A program made the translations under genes and the position numbers. From Malacoraja senta (taxonomy: Eukaryota): a stretch of DNA of 64,000 nt. A model generated the notes under the pieces. It saw only the letters and a program-made list of their open reading frames with translations. It was not told the DNA's origin and ran no database searches. Shown here in pieces: positions 50,023 through 60,694 of this stretch; positions within the stretch are counted from its first letter, which is position 1, and every line of letters starts with the position of its first letter. The DNA is taken from contig JAXLNO010000067.1 of the NCBI GenBank assembly GCA_038087875.1, positions 1 to 64,000 on the forward strand. Reading direction: 5' to 3'.

Positions 50023-52613
50023 TTGGCACTCCCAAGTGCCCAGCCGGGTACACAGCCAATGCCAGTCGGGTGGAAGGCAAAAGCCAAGTCTGTCAGGCCC
50101 ATTGACTCCGCAGAGTCAGGCCAGGAAGAGTCCCGTCTGGGACAGGATAACGTGCCCCAACGGTTATCCAAAATGGAGCAGCTCATACAGGGGCTGCTCC
50201 ACAAAGCCACACTCCAGGAGGAGTTGTGTGGGTGGGAGGCCGTGGGGAAGGCTCCGCCGGCAGTGCCTGGTAGAGGCCTGCTTGAAAGCACCCTCTTTCA
50301 AGAGGTTAGTGCAGAAGGGCAGATAAGCTCTGACCCTGATTCCGACGACGACTTCGAAACGGAGGACAGGCAGCTGCCAGAGCTGACACCGTGTGCAGCA
50401 CGGTTTGCCATGTCGTCGGAAGCTGGTGAGCTTTTGGGTGAGGAAATTGCCACCAGTATAAATTACTTAGTCTCACACCAGCTACAGGAGCTGACAATGG
50501 AGGAGACAGTAAGGAAGCATGAAGCCCCATTCAACTGTGGCCTGTTAAAAGTTCCTGTGGTGAACAGGATGATTTGGGGCCAGATGGGCATACAAATGAG
50601 AGCCCAGGAGGTGAAGCTCCAGCATATTTTAAAGTTGCTGGGATCTGGCATAACGAGCTTTGCCAGGATAGTGGATGGAGAGGCCTTGACAAAATTACAA
50701 CAAGAGGTGCTGGCGCTATTGTGGAGTGCCCACTTTGAGATCAACTGCCTCCGCAAAACGGCGATAAGACCAACCATCAATCCTAAATATGCTTCACTCT
50801 GCCAGCCTGGCACAGTGCAACCGGCAAATCTACTGTTTGGCGAGGATTTCGCAAAGCAGGTGAAGGAGCTGGAGGATGAGGCCAAGACGGTGGGCTTGAC
50901 TAAGCAGCCAGCAGCCACATATCCACCGAAGCGGAAGTATCCCTATAAGCGAGGAGACTGGTCCGGGCAAGGGACGAGTCGAGCTACGATGCAGCGCAGT
51001 TGGCGTTCGGCTGTAGCAGTGCCAGGGAAGGTGGGATATCCAGCTCGAGGCCGGGGGAAGATGCCAGGTGGTAAGGAGGTATGTGGGTCTGGTTCTCATG
51101 TAGACAGATCTAATGTAATACAATTAAAAGTTGGAGGAAGATTACATCTGTTCTTAGAGGAATGGAAACAAATTACCTCAGATATGTTTATACTGAATGT
51201 TATTGAAGGGTTTCGAATAGAGTTTAATGCAAATTCTGAGTTACCCATGCAACATGTTCCAAAAAGGAGTTTTGACTTCAGTATCACTGAACAATTGGAA
51301 GTTCAGGTGAAACTTGAAAGCTTATGTAATAAAGGTGTAATTGCTAAGGCAGTTTACCAAAGCCAACAGTTTGTGTCCAATATCTTTCCCAGACCAAAAA
51401 AGGATGGGGGGTGCAGAATTATACTGGACCTGACTAGTCTTAACCCTTTTGTACAGTATAGACATTTTAAGATGGAAACGTTTGTGACGGCTAAGCAACT
51501 TGTTTCCAGAGGATGCTATATGGCAACTATAGATCTTAAAGATGCGTATTATTCAGTGTCTGTTCATTTGCAGGATAGAAGATATTTAAAATTCAGCTGG
51601 ATGGGGCAATTATGGCAATACAATGCACTGCCTAATGGTTTGTCTTCAGCTCCTAGAGTGTTTACAAATTGTTAAAACCTATTCTAGGCGTGATGAGAAG
51701 TCAAGGGCATGTGTTCATGGCTTAACTAGATGATATCTTGATTGTAGGACAATCAAAGGAAACAGCTGAAGCATCAGTGGCAGTTGTTAAAACCACTTTT
51801 CAAAGAGTGGGCTTCATAAGCCATCCAGAGAAATCTAAATTAACACCTGTGACACAAATTGACTATTTGGGTTTCACAATAGACTCAATCAACATGATTG
51901 TGACCTTGCCCAGGCAAAATAAGGGTAGAGCTAATTGAGAGCTGTATCAACTTAATTGCTGACACAGAGCCTTCAATTAGACAGGTGGCGAGTCTGCTTG
52001 GGAAATTGGTGGCAGCATTTCCAGCAGTTCAATATGGGCCACTTCATTATCAACAATTACAAAGGTCAAAGGAACAAGCATTGAGGATACATTTGGGTCA
52101 TTATAATAGGCCTATGCATCTATCAGTAGAGGCTGTTGCTGATGTACAATGGTGGATTCAGCATGTGTCCACTAGTAGTTCCAAAGTGTTATTGGACCAA
52201 GCTTCCATGATTTTGCAGACAGATGTCAGTGCACTTGGGTGGGGTGCTACTGATACGAGATCCTGCTGTGGAGGCAGATGGACTGAGCAAGAGTCATTGC
52301 TTCTGCAAACATGGGGAATTAACCATTTAGAGCTTTTAGGAGTATTTTATGGCCTCAAGGCTTATTGCACTAACAAAACTAGCTTGCATGTGCAGTGTCA
52401 AATAGACAACACTACAGCAGTAGCTTATATTAATCACATGGGTGGAATCAAATCGTTATCATGTGACAGGTTGGCAAATCAAATTTGGACCTGGTGTATG
52501 TATAGAGATATTTGGATTTCAGCTATCTATCTGCCAGGGAAACTCAATATAGTAGCAGATGCCAGGTCACGAAAATTCCGTGATAATACAGAGTGGATGT
52601 TGAACCAGGATGT

Positions 52614-52617
<4 letters not shown>
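50023..52617 (+). pseudogene. DIRS gag plus RT/RNase H (first part)
   Basis: VGGRLHLF..W, PKKDGGCRIILDL, IDLKDAYY, LPNGLSSAPRVFT. The catalytic YLDD reads A*LDD. RNase H motifs LQTDVS and INHLEL. Frameshifts at about 51668 and 51920. Confidence 0.88.
51608..52617 (+). repeat. Left copy of the 1,010-bp direct duplication flanking the L1
   Basis: Matches 59258-60267 at a constant 7650-bp offset. The ORF translations in both copies are identical. Confidence 0.95.
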
Positions 52618-52678
<61 letters not shown>

Positions 52679-53057
52679 TTTAGAAGTACGGTAGATTACA
52701 GTAATGTACAACACGTATATATTAATACATTTTTTGTACCGCTTCACTTTTTTAAACTTTAAGAAAGAAAAAGAAAGAAGTAAGAAAAGTGAAGAAAGTG
52801 CGCAAAGGTTGTGAAGTGCAAAAGAGTGTTGGGAAAAGAAAGCCCCTTAGAAAAGAGGTTAGAGAAGGAAGTAAAGTTAGAAAATAGACCCTAGAAAAAA
52901 AAGAGAAAGAGAGAAGGAACAATCGCTCTATTATAACTCTTATACCATACTTCATAGAGAAGGAACTACCAACCAAGTCTATTTTTATTTTACCTCCCAT
53001 TACCAGGTCCAGATACCTTTTATTTATTTATTTGTTTTTCTAAATTACTATTGCACC

Positions 53058-56000
53058 TCATGCTTGTAATAGGTCCAAAAACGTAGACCACGTCTTTTGA
53101 AATTGATCTACTTTGCCTACTAGGAGGAATCTCATCTCTTCCAGATGTAATGTTTCCAACATATTTGATGTCCACATTTTTATTGTTGGTGTGGGCGCAT
53201 TTTTCCAGAATTTAAGTATAAGCTTTTTTCCCATTATTAGCCCATAATTGAGTAAATTCTTCTGATACACGTTTAATTCAGGAATACCTTCCGATATTCC
53301 AAAAATAATCCATTCTGGTTTTGGTACCAATTTTATTTTGATTAATTTTGAAAAAATATCAAATATTTCAAACCAGAATTTTTGGATTTTTGTACAAAAA
53401 ACAAAAGAATGTGCTATGGTAGCTTCTTGACATATACATTTATCACAGATTGGTGAGACGTTAGGAAAGATTTTATTTAGTTTGGTTTTTGAATAATATA
53501 ATCTATGTAATGTTTTAAATTGGATAAGCGTATGTCGTACGTTGATCGAGCATTTATGCACCTGTAATAAATGATTATCCCAACTCTCTTTTGAAATTTT
53601 TATACCTAGATCTTGTTCCCAATCTCTTCTAATTCCATCTGTTGTGGGTATTTCTATATTTAAGATGATATTATATAAGTATGATATTAAATTAACTGAT
53701 TCCGCCTTTGTCTTCATTGCTTCATCTAGTAAGTCGGAAGGCATATTATAATAATCTTTTGTGTGTGTTTTCAAATAGTCACAGATTTGTATATATTTAA
53801 AATATTGATTATTTTTCAAATTATATTTCAGTTGTAGTTGTTGGAATGATAGTAATTTTTCTAATTCATACAGATCTTCGAGCGTTTTAATTCCCATTCT
53901 TTCCCATTGTATAAATGCTTTATCTATGATTGAAGGTTTAAACGATGGGTTATTGACTATTGGTATTAAGAGAGATAGGTTTCTTAATTTTAGATTCTGT
54001 TTTATTTGCTTCCATGTTCTAATAGTGCTATATATAATTGGATTTTTATTATAATTTTTATTATTCAAGTTTATTGGAGAGAGAATAATCGCTCCTATAT
54101 TATTCGGGGAGCAATCCCCTTTTTCCATTATAATCCAGTCCACCTGCTGGGCAGAATTGTCCAGCAGGTGAATCATATTTTTAATATTTACTGCCCAGTT
54201 ATAATACATAAAGTTAGGGAGCGCTAGACCCCCCAACTCTTTTCGTTTGTTAAGGTGTGTTCTTTGTATTCTGTGGGATTTGTAATCCCATATAAAATTT
54301 GTAATGTCTGAGTCCAGTTTTTTGAAAAACTTTTTTGGGAGATATATAGGTATTGATTGAAATAGGTAAAGGATTTGTGGTAAGAAAATCATTTTTATAG
54401 CATTTATCCTACCTATTAAGGACATCGGAAGTGTTTTCCAAAATTTAATCAGATTATTTAATTTCTTAAGTAGGGGATTATAATTAGCTTTAAACATATC
54501 ATGGTAATTTCTAGTAATCTCAATTCCTAAATATTTGAATTTTTCCATAGCTATTTTAAAAGGGAATTTCCTGAGATGTGTTGAGTCTTTTGGTTTAATC
54601 GACATAATTTCACTTTTGTTCCAATTTATTCTATATCCTGAAAAGGATCCAAAGTCCTCAATTAAGTTTAATATATTTGGTATACTAATTTGTGGTTTTG
54701 TGATGTACAGTAGTACATCATCAGCATATAGGGATAGTTTGTTGTTTGAATATTTTGTGTTATAACCGTGAATATTCGAGTGTGTTCTTATTTTTTCAGC
54801 AAGGGGTTCAATTACCAAAGCAAATAACAGCGGTGATAGTGAACATCCTTGTCTGTTGCCCCTAGATAATTCGAATTTTGAAGATAATATATTATTAGTT
54901 AGTATTCTAGCCGTAGGTTTGTTATATAGTAGTTTTATCCATGCAATAAAGTTTTCTCCCAATTGGAATTTTTGCAATACTTTGATCATATAGTCCCATT
55001 CTACTTGATCAAACGCTTTTTCTGCGTCCAGTGAGATGATAGCTAACTCTTGGTCATAAGATTTATGTGAATGCATTATGTTAAGCAAACGTCTCAAATT
55101 ATTAAATGAGTGTCTCTTAGGTATAAATCCTGTTTGATCCTCATGTATTAGTCTACTAACATACTTGCTTAATCTATTGGCTAATGTTTTTGCTATTATT
55201 TTCTGATCCGTATTTAACAAAGCAATAGCTCTATATGATCCTGGTTCTTCTATATTTTTATCTTTTTTAAGTATTAATATGATCGTTGATTCCGCTAGTG
55301 TTTCAGGTAGGTTTTGCTCTTTATAAGCATATGTATACATTTTTTGTAATCGTGGAGTAACTATATCATAAAAAGATTTATAAAATTCATTACTGAATCC
55401 GTCTGGTCCTGGTGTTTTTCCATTTTTTAGTGTTTTTATTGTGTCTTCTATCTCCTTAGAAGTAATTTGTGCTCCCAGTTCCTCTTGTTCCCTGCGTTCT
55501 AATTGTGGTAGATTACAATTATCTAAAAATTCTGAGATTTTATTATTGTCTATTGACGTTTTAGATGTGTATAGATTCTGGTAAAATTGAGCAAATCTTT
55601 TATTAATATCCTTGGGTAGTGTTAATACTTCCCCTCTATCTGATTTAATCTTTAATATTGCATTCTCTTTTTCCCGTTTTTTAAGTTGTCGTGCTAGAAG
55701 TTTATGGGGTTTGTCCCCGAATTCGAAGTGTTCTTGTTTTGTGATTTGAAATAATGTTATAACTTTCTCTGACAGTAATTTATTTAACTGAAATTTCAGT
55801 AGTAGTATTTTATTATGTTTATCCATAGTTGGGTCTTTAGCATTATCTATATCTAACTGTTTTATTTGATCTTCTAAGTGTCTTTGTTCATTCTTATTCT
55901 TTTTATTTTGATAAGCTTGAAATGAAATAATGACTCCTCTTATAAATGCTTTGAAGGATTCCCATAATAACGTGGGGGATATCTCTGGTGTATCATTTAA

Positions 56001-56858
56001 CTCAAAAAATAGATCCATCTGTTTTTTTAGATAGATACTCCCTTGAGGGTCTTTTAAAATTTGTGAGTTAAACCTCCAGAACGGTTTATTCATAGACATT
56101 CCTTCTAGTTTTAGAACAAAAGTTAACGGAGAATGATCTGAGATCGCATTAATATGATATTTAGGATTCAGAGATTGCGAAATTAATTTTGTATCCACTA
56201 GAAAATAGTCTATCCGTGAATATGTTTTATGCACCATTGAATAAAACGAGTAGTCCCTTCCCGTCGGGTTTGCAATCCTCCATACATCTGTTATATTTGT
56301 GTTTTCCATATATGTGTGTAAGAGTTCACTGGTTTTAGATTTCGTCTGACCTTTTTGTTTTTGCATCGATTTATCTAAATAAGGATCTAAAACACAATTA
56401 AAATCTCCTCCGATTATAACATTTTGATAATTAGATTCTGCAATTATATTCAGAATTTTATTAAAAAATTGAGGGTTATCAAAGTTGGGCGCATATATGT
56501 TTACCAGCGTGATTGGCATATTATTGATCTCCCCTGCTACTATAAGATATCTCCCTTCCTTATCTAAAATAGTGTTCTTTGATTTAAATGGAATTCCTTT
56601 ACGAATAATAATTGCAGTACCTCTAGATTTGGAGGTAAATGAAGAGTGAAATGTTTGGCCTATCCAGTTCGCCCTCAGTCTTGTCTGATCTTGCTGTTTA
56701 AGATGTGTTTCCTGTAGAAACGCTATGTCCGTGTTGTATGATTTCAACTGAGCTAGTATCTTGCCCCTTTTAATAGGTTCATTAATCCCCCTTATATTCC
56801 AACTACATAATGTGATTCCTCCTATTTTCTTTTGATTGTCGTCATGCATTTTAACCAA
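53058..56858 (-). CDS. L1 ORF2p (APE endonuclease, RT, C-terminal zinc finger), 1266 aa
   Basis: SWNIRG, FLQETH, GGDFN, YSRIDY, ISDH, SLDAEKAFD, RQGCSLSP, LYADD and CDKC...H...C, uninterrupted. Confidence 0.96.
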   Translation of the reverse strand: MVKMHDDNQKKIGGITLCSWNIRGINEPIKRGKILAQLKSYNTDIAFLQETHLKQQDQTRLRANWIGQTFHSSFTSKSRGTAIIIRKGIPFKSKNTILDKEGRYLIVAGEINNMPITLVNIYAPNFDNPQFFNKILNIIAESNYQNVIIGGDFNCVLDPYLDKSMQKQKGQTKSKTSELLHTYMENTNITDVWRIANPTGRDYSFYSMVHKTYSRIDYFLVDTKLISQSLNPKYHINAISDHSPLTFVLKLEGMSMNKPFWRFNSQILKDPQGSIYLKKQMDLFFELNDTPEISPTLLWESFKAFIRGVIISFQAYQNKKNKNEQRHLEDQIKQLDIDNAKDPTMDKHNKILLLKFQLNKLLSEKVITLFQITKQEHFEFGDKPHKLLARQLKKREKENAILKIKSDRGEVLTLPKDINKRFAQFYQNLYTSKTSIDNNKISEFLDNCNLPQLERREQEELGAQITSKEIEDTIKTLKNGKTPGPDGFSNEFYKSFYDIVTPRLQKMYTYAYKEQNLPETLAESTIILILKKDKNIEEPGSYRAIALLNTDQKIIAKTLANRLSKYVSRLIHEDQTGFIPKRHSFNNLRRLLNIMHSHKSYDQELAIISLDAEKAFDQVEWDYMIKVLQKFQLGENFIAWIKLLYNKPTARILTNNILSSKFELSRGNRQGCSLSPLLFALVIEPLAEKIRTHSNIHGYNTKYSNNKLSLYADDVLLYITKPQISIPNILNLIEDFGSFSGYRINWNKSEIMSIKPKDSTHLRKFPFKIAMEKFKYLGIEITRNYHDMFKANYNPLLKKLNNLIKFWKTLPMSLIGRINAIKMIFLPQILYLFQSIPIYLPKKFFKKLDSDITNFIWDYKSHRIQRTHLNKRKELGGLALPNFMYYNWAVNIKNMIHLLDNSAQQVDWIIMEKGDCSPNNIGAIILSPINLNNKNYNKNPIIYSTIRTWKQIKQNLKLRNLSLLIPIVNNPSFKPSIIDKAFIQWERMGIKTLEDLYELEKLLSFQQLQLKYNLKNNQYFKYIQICDYLKTHTKDYYNMPSDLLDEAMKTKAESVNLISYLYNIILNIEIPTTDGIRRDWEQDLGIKISKESWDNHLLQVHKCSINVRHTLIQFKTLHRLYYSKTKLNKIFPNVSPICDKCICQEATIAHSFVFCTKIQKFWFEIFDIFSKLIKIKLVPKPEWIIFGISEGIPELNVYQKNLLNYGLIMGKKLILKFWKNAPTPTIKMWTSNMLETLHLEEMRFLLVGKVDQFQKTWSTFLDLLQA

Positions 56859-58068
56859 TTTTAATGACCTTAATTATTGTGGTGCGTTCATACCTCCGGA
56901 CTCTGGTTATTTTGGGAGTATTTCTATTATAGACTTCCTTGGTAGTTCTCCTGCGCGATTGTCCTTGAAGAAAAAACACACAGATGTGACATATTGTGAT
57001 TAAAAAAAAATATATATATAAATCAAATAAATTTACGGTGTCTAAAATTTCAACACCGTAGTGAGTGGCCCACTCGTCTGTGGGGTACGACATCCATAAC
57101 GCTTCCGGCGTAGTTGGTATAAAGTTAGCCCCGCTGTATTTATTACCCAAAATCTATGGGGTCATTACCGTTTCCAATTCAGTTCTATTTCACCCAGTTA
57201 CAATTTATATATATGTCAAATGTATTCGATTCCATATCCTACTCACTCTTTATCTCTTAACTATTTTAAAATGAATTTAGTATTGTTAAAGTGAGCGGTT
57301 TACTGAGTGGATTAACCGGAGTCAGGTTCCTGGAATTGTGCCAGGTGCCTGATCTCTTCTCCTCTCCACGAGCTGCGAACATAGGTGATAACTGCTGTCT
57401 GCGTTATGACGCAGGCACCACAGTTTTATCAGTTTCAAATATTATTTCTATATTAGTATTGTTAATTATTAATTATGATTAATTCTCAGCATTTTGTAAA
57501 ACTATATAAGCCGTATATATTTTTCATATCAACCTCGAGTGTATATTATCTCTTAACTATTTTAAATTGATTTTAATATTGTTAAAAATGAGCTGTTCGC
57601 TGGAAGGGTTAACGGGAGTCTGGCTCCTGGAGTTATGCCAGGTACCCGGTCTCCCCCTCCCTCCACTCTCGAGCTGCATAGCACTTGCTGTTATCTGCTA
57701 AACAGAGCAGACTGCACATTTTTTATCTATTTCAATTGCTATTTCTATATTAGTATTGTTAATTGTTAATTATTATTAGTTCTCAGTTTTTTCAGTTTTT
57801 TATAAACAATATAAGCCATGTGATGTTTTTCACTCTTAGCCCAGCAGTTCGTCCCGTTATCAGGTTTTCCTCGTTTGAGCACGTAGTGTCCTTGAATTAC
57901 ATAGCACAATGTTCCAGCGAAGATAATAATGTCTAGCCACGTCTCACTAAGAATCTGTTGCTTGAAGTCAAATAAAAAATAAAAAATCAGTGTTCAGTTA
58001 ATTCACTTTCCTTGTGATATTCTTGTTGGAAGAATAAGCAAGTTCATTTGTTCATGTCGTCTTGGTTT

Positions 58069-59064
58069 TCAGTCTCCAGTTGATGCAGCCTTAGTCGCGA
58101 TTTCTTGAGCGTATTTGAGAGATTCATCCGAATTAGTGAATGTTTTTGACACTCCCTCAAAGGTGATACGCATTCTAGCCGGGTAAAACACTCCACACAA
58201 AACTCCCTTAACACCATAAAGAACTTCTCTGGTCTGTGAGAACTTTCTTCTCTTTTGCTCAATCTCATAAGGGTAGTCCCGTAGGAGTTTAATAGTATCA
58301 CCTCTGTACATCATCTTCTCTCCGTGGTTGATTTTTTTCATCAGCGCTTCCATTGTTGAGATATCCCGAAGTTTAATTATGATCTGTCGTGGGTAGGCAC
58401 GTTCTCCTTGAGATCTTGATTTAAATCTGGGGAGTCGATGTGCTACTTCAATTACAGGTACTTCTGGTAGCTTCAGTACGTGTTTAATTAGGTTGGCAGC
58501 GAACTCACAAACATTGTCCCCCTCAGCTCCCTCTTTTACACCACGTATTCTTATATTTTGACGTCTTGAGCGAGCTTCTAGGTCAACACATTTATTCGAA
58601 ACCTTTGTGACTTGGTTCTTGAGACTATCTATTTCTGACTTCATAGTCTGCATCTCTCCAGCCATCACTTCCACAGCAGCTTCCAAATCATTCACTGCAG
58701 ATGCATTTGCAGCCACAGTTTCGTGCACAGCCTCAAACATCTTTGTGGTCTCTTCTGCCACCTTTTCAATTTTTATCGATAGTCCTTTTTCCACACCTTC
58801 AATTCTTTTTTGGAGAGCCTCAATACCCTCAAGTATTTTATCATTACCGGCTATCAATTTACTGTTCCCAGCTTCCATATCATTTTTGATATCTCTTACC
58901 GAGTTTCTTAAGTCCTCCATTTCGGTTTTCTCTTTTGCAGATCGAGTAGCCATTCCAGAGACCTCTCCAGAGGTCAGTTCTGAAGTTTCTTGCTGTTCCA
59001 GAGTCTTTAGCAGATGTTTTGAGATTTTCCTCTGTGGGCTCTGACCTGGAGATGTACTTTTCAT
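58069..59064 (-). CDS. L1 ORF1p (coiled coil, RRM and CTD RNA-binding protein)
   Basis: Heptad-rich N-terminal half, then DLEARSRRQNIRIRGVKEG, AHRL, PRQIIIK and YPARMRI. Confidence 0.93.
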   Translation of the reverse strand: MKSTSPGQSPQRKISKHLLKTLEQQETSELTSGEVSGMATRSAKEKTEMEDLRNSVRDIKNDMEAGNSKLIAGNDKILEGIEALQKRIEGVEKGLSIKIEKVAEETTKMFEAVHETVAANASAVNDLEAAVEVMAGEMQTMKSEIDSLKNQVTKVSNKCVDLEARSRRQNIRIRGVKEGAEGDNVCEFAANLIKHVLKLPEVPVIEVAHRLPRFKSRSQGERAYPRQIIIKLRDISTMEALMKKINHGEKMMYRGDTIKLLRDYPYEIEQKRRKFSQTREVLYGVKGVLCGVFYPARMRITFEGVSKTFTNSDESLKYAQEIATKAASTGD

Positions 59065-59257
59065 TTAAAATGACTTTCCCTCCGTTAAAATCGCGGCGCT
59101 TACTGATGACGTCATCAGCACCGCGACATGAAGCTCCGGTAAGTTTTTAAAAACGGTCCCGACCTCCAGACCCGATTTTAACGCGAAAAATCGCGATTTT
59201 TTCAGCGGAGCTAAAAAGTTTGCGACTGCTAGCAGAGCATGTCGCAACCGGAAGTCG
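59065..59257 (-). promoter_or_regulatory. Putative L1 internal promoter in the 5' UTR
   Basis: CpG-rich, with an ETS-type CCGGAAGT at 59248-59255 and a 16-bp palindrome ctgatgacgtcatcag (CRE core) at 59103-59118. Confidence 0.55.
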
Positions 59258-60267
59258 AATTATGGCAATACAATGCACTGCCTAATGGTTTGTCTTCAGC
59301 TCCTAGAGTGTTTACAAATTGTTAAAACCTATTCTAGGCGTGATGAGAAGTCAAGGGCATGTGTTCATGGCTTAACTAGATGATATCTTGATTGTAGGAC
59401 AATCAAAGGAAACAGCTGAAGCATCAGTGGCAGTTGTTAAAACCACTTTTCAAAGAGTGGGCTTCATAAGCCATCCAGAGAAATCTAAATTAACACCTGT
59501 GACACAAATTGACTATTTGGGTTTCACAATAGACTCAATCAACATGATTGTGACCTTGCCCAGGCAAAATAAGGGTAGAGCTAATTGAGAGCTGTATCAA
59601 CTTAATTGCTGACACAGAGCCTTCAATTAGACAGGTGGCGAGTCTGCTTGGGAAATTGGTGGCAGCATTTCCAGCAGTTCAATATGGGCCACTTCATTAT
59701 CAACAATTACAAAGGTCAAAGGAACAAGCATTGAGGATACATTTGGGTCATTATAATAGGCCTATGCATCTATCAGTAGAGGCTGTTGCTGATGTACAAT
59801 GGTGGATTCAGCATGTGTCCACTAGTAGTTCCAAAGTGTTATTGGACCAAGCTTCCATGATTTTGCAGACAGATGTCAGTGCACTTGGGTGGGGTGCTAC
59901 TGATACGAGATCCTGCTGTGGAGGCAGATGGACTGAGCAAGAGTCATTGCTTCTGCAAACATGGGGAATTAACCATTTAGAGCTTTTAGGAGTATTTTAT
60001 GGCCTCAAGGCTTATTGCACTAACAAAACTAGCTTGCATGTGCAGTGTCAAATAGACAACACTACAGCAGTAGCTTATATTAATCACATGGGTGGAATCA
60101 AATCGTTATCATGTGACAGGTTGGCAAATCAAATTTGGACCTGGTGTATGTATAGAGATATTTGGATTTCAGCTATCTATCTGCCAGGGAAACTCAATAT
60201 AGTAGCAGATGCCAGGTCACGAAAATTCCGTGATAATACAGAGTGGATGTTGAACCAGGATGTGTTC
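59258..60267 (+). repeat. Right copy of the 1,010-bp direct duplication flanking the L1
   Basis: Begins aattatggcaatac and ends ccaggatgtgttc, then continues into unique DIRS sequence. Confidence 0.95.
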
Positions 60268-60656
60268 AAGAACATAGTACTTCTATATGGAATGCCAGAT
60301 ATCGATTTGTGTGCATCCAGGCTTAATCACCAGCTGCCAAAATATGTTTCATGGGAACCAGATCCAGGCTCAGTGGCAATTGATGCTTTTTCACTAAATT
60401 GGGGTGATATGTTTGTGTACATTTTCCCACCATTCTGCCTCATAGGTCGGTGTTTGCAAAAAATCAAGCAGGATGCCGCTTCAGGGGTTTTGGTGATACC
60501 AAATTGGCCAACTCAACATGGTTCCCTTTGATGTTACAGATAGCGATCCAACCTCCTTTGCTGATTCCAAAGAGTAGGAATTTGCTGGAGCATCCGGTAA
60601 CGCGTGAAGTTCATCCGTTATGCGATCGTATTGATCTGTTAATTTGCAGGTTTTAA
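59635..60656 (+). pseudogene. DIRS RNase H plus Dam-like methyltransferase domain
   Basis: PDIDLCASRLN...IDAFSLNW...YIFPPFCLI...VIPNWPTQ, with a frameshift near 60520. Confidence 0.82.
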
Positions 60657-60694
60657 GAAGGCCTTACATGGGTCGAGAACTTTCTAGGTGAACG

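Larger units (their letters stand above)
52618..59257 (-). mobile_element. Full-length, apparently intact L1 LINE (~6.64 kb)
   Basis: CpG-rich 5' UTR starting (c)gacttccggttgcg, ORF1, 1.2-kb spacer, ORF2, 3' UTR and a pure poly(A) of about 55 nt. Confidence 0.96.

Noticed and set aside
51985..52747. Poly-Phe and poly-Lys ORF tails
   Set aside because: They are read-through into the L1 poly(A) tract.
59100..59125. CTGATGA as a hammerhead core in the L1 5' UTR
   Set aside because: There is no stem II followed by GAAA; it is better explained as a CRE-containing palindrome.
51608..60267. Reading the duplication as LTRs or as two separate DIRS insertions
   Set aside because: The repeat is internal RT/RNase H coding sequence without LTR hallmarks, and both copies share the same inactivating mutations.
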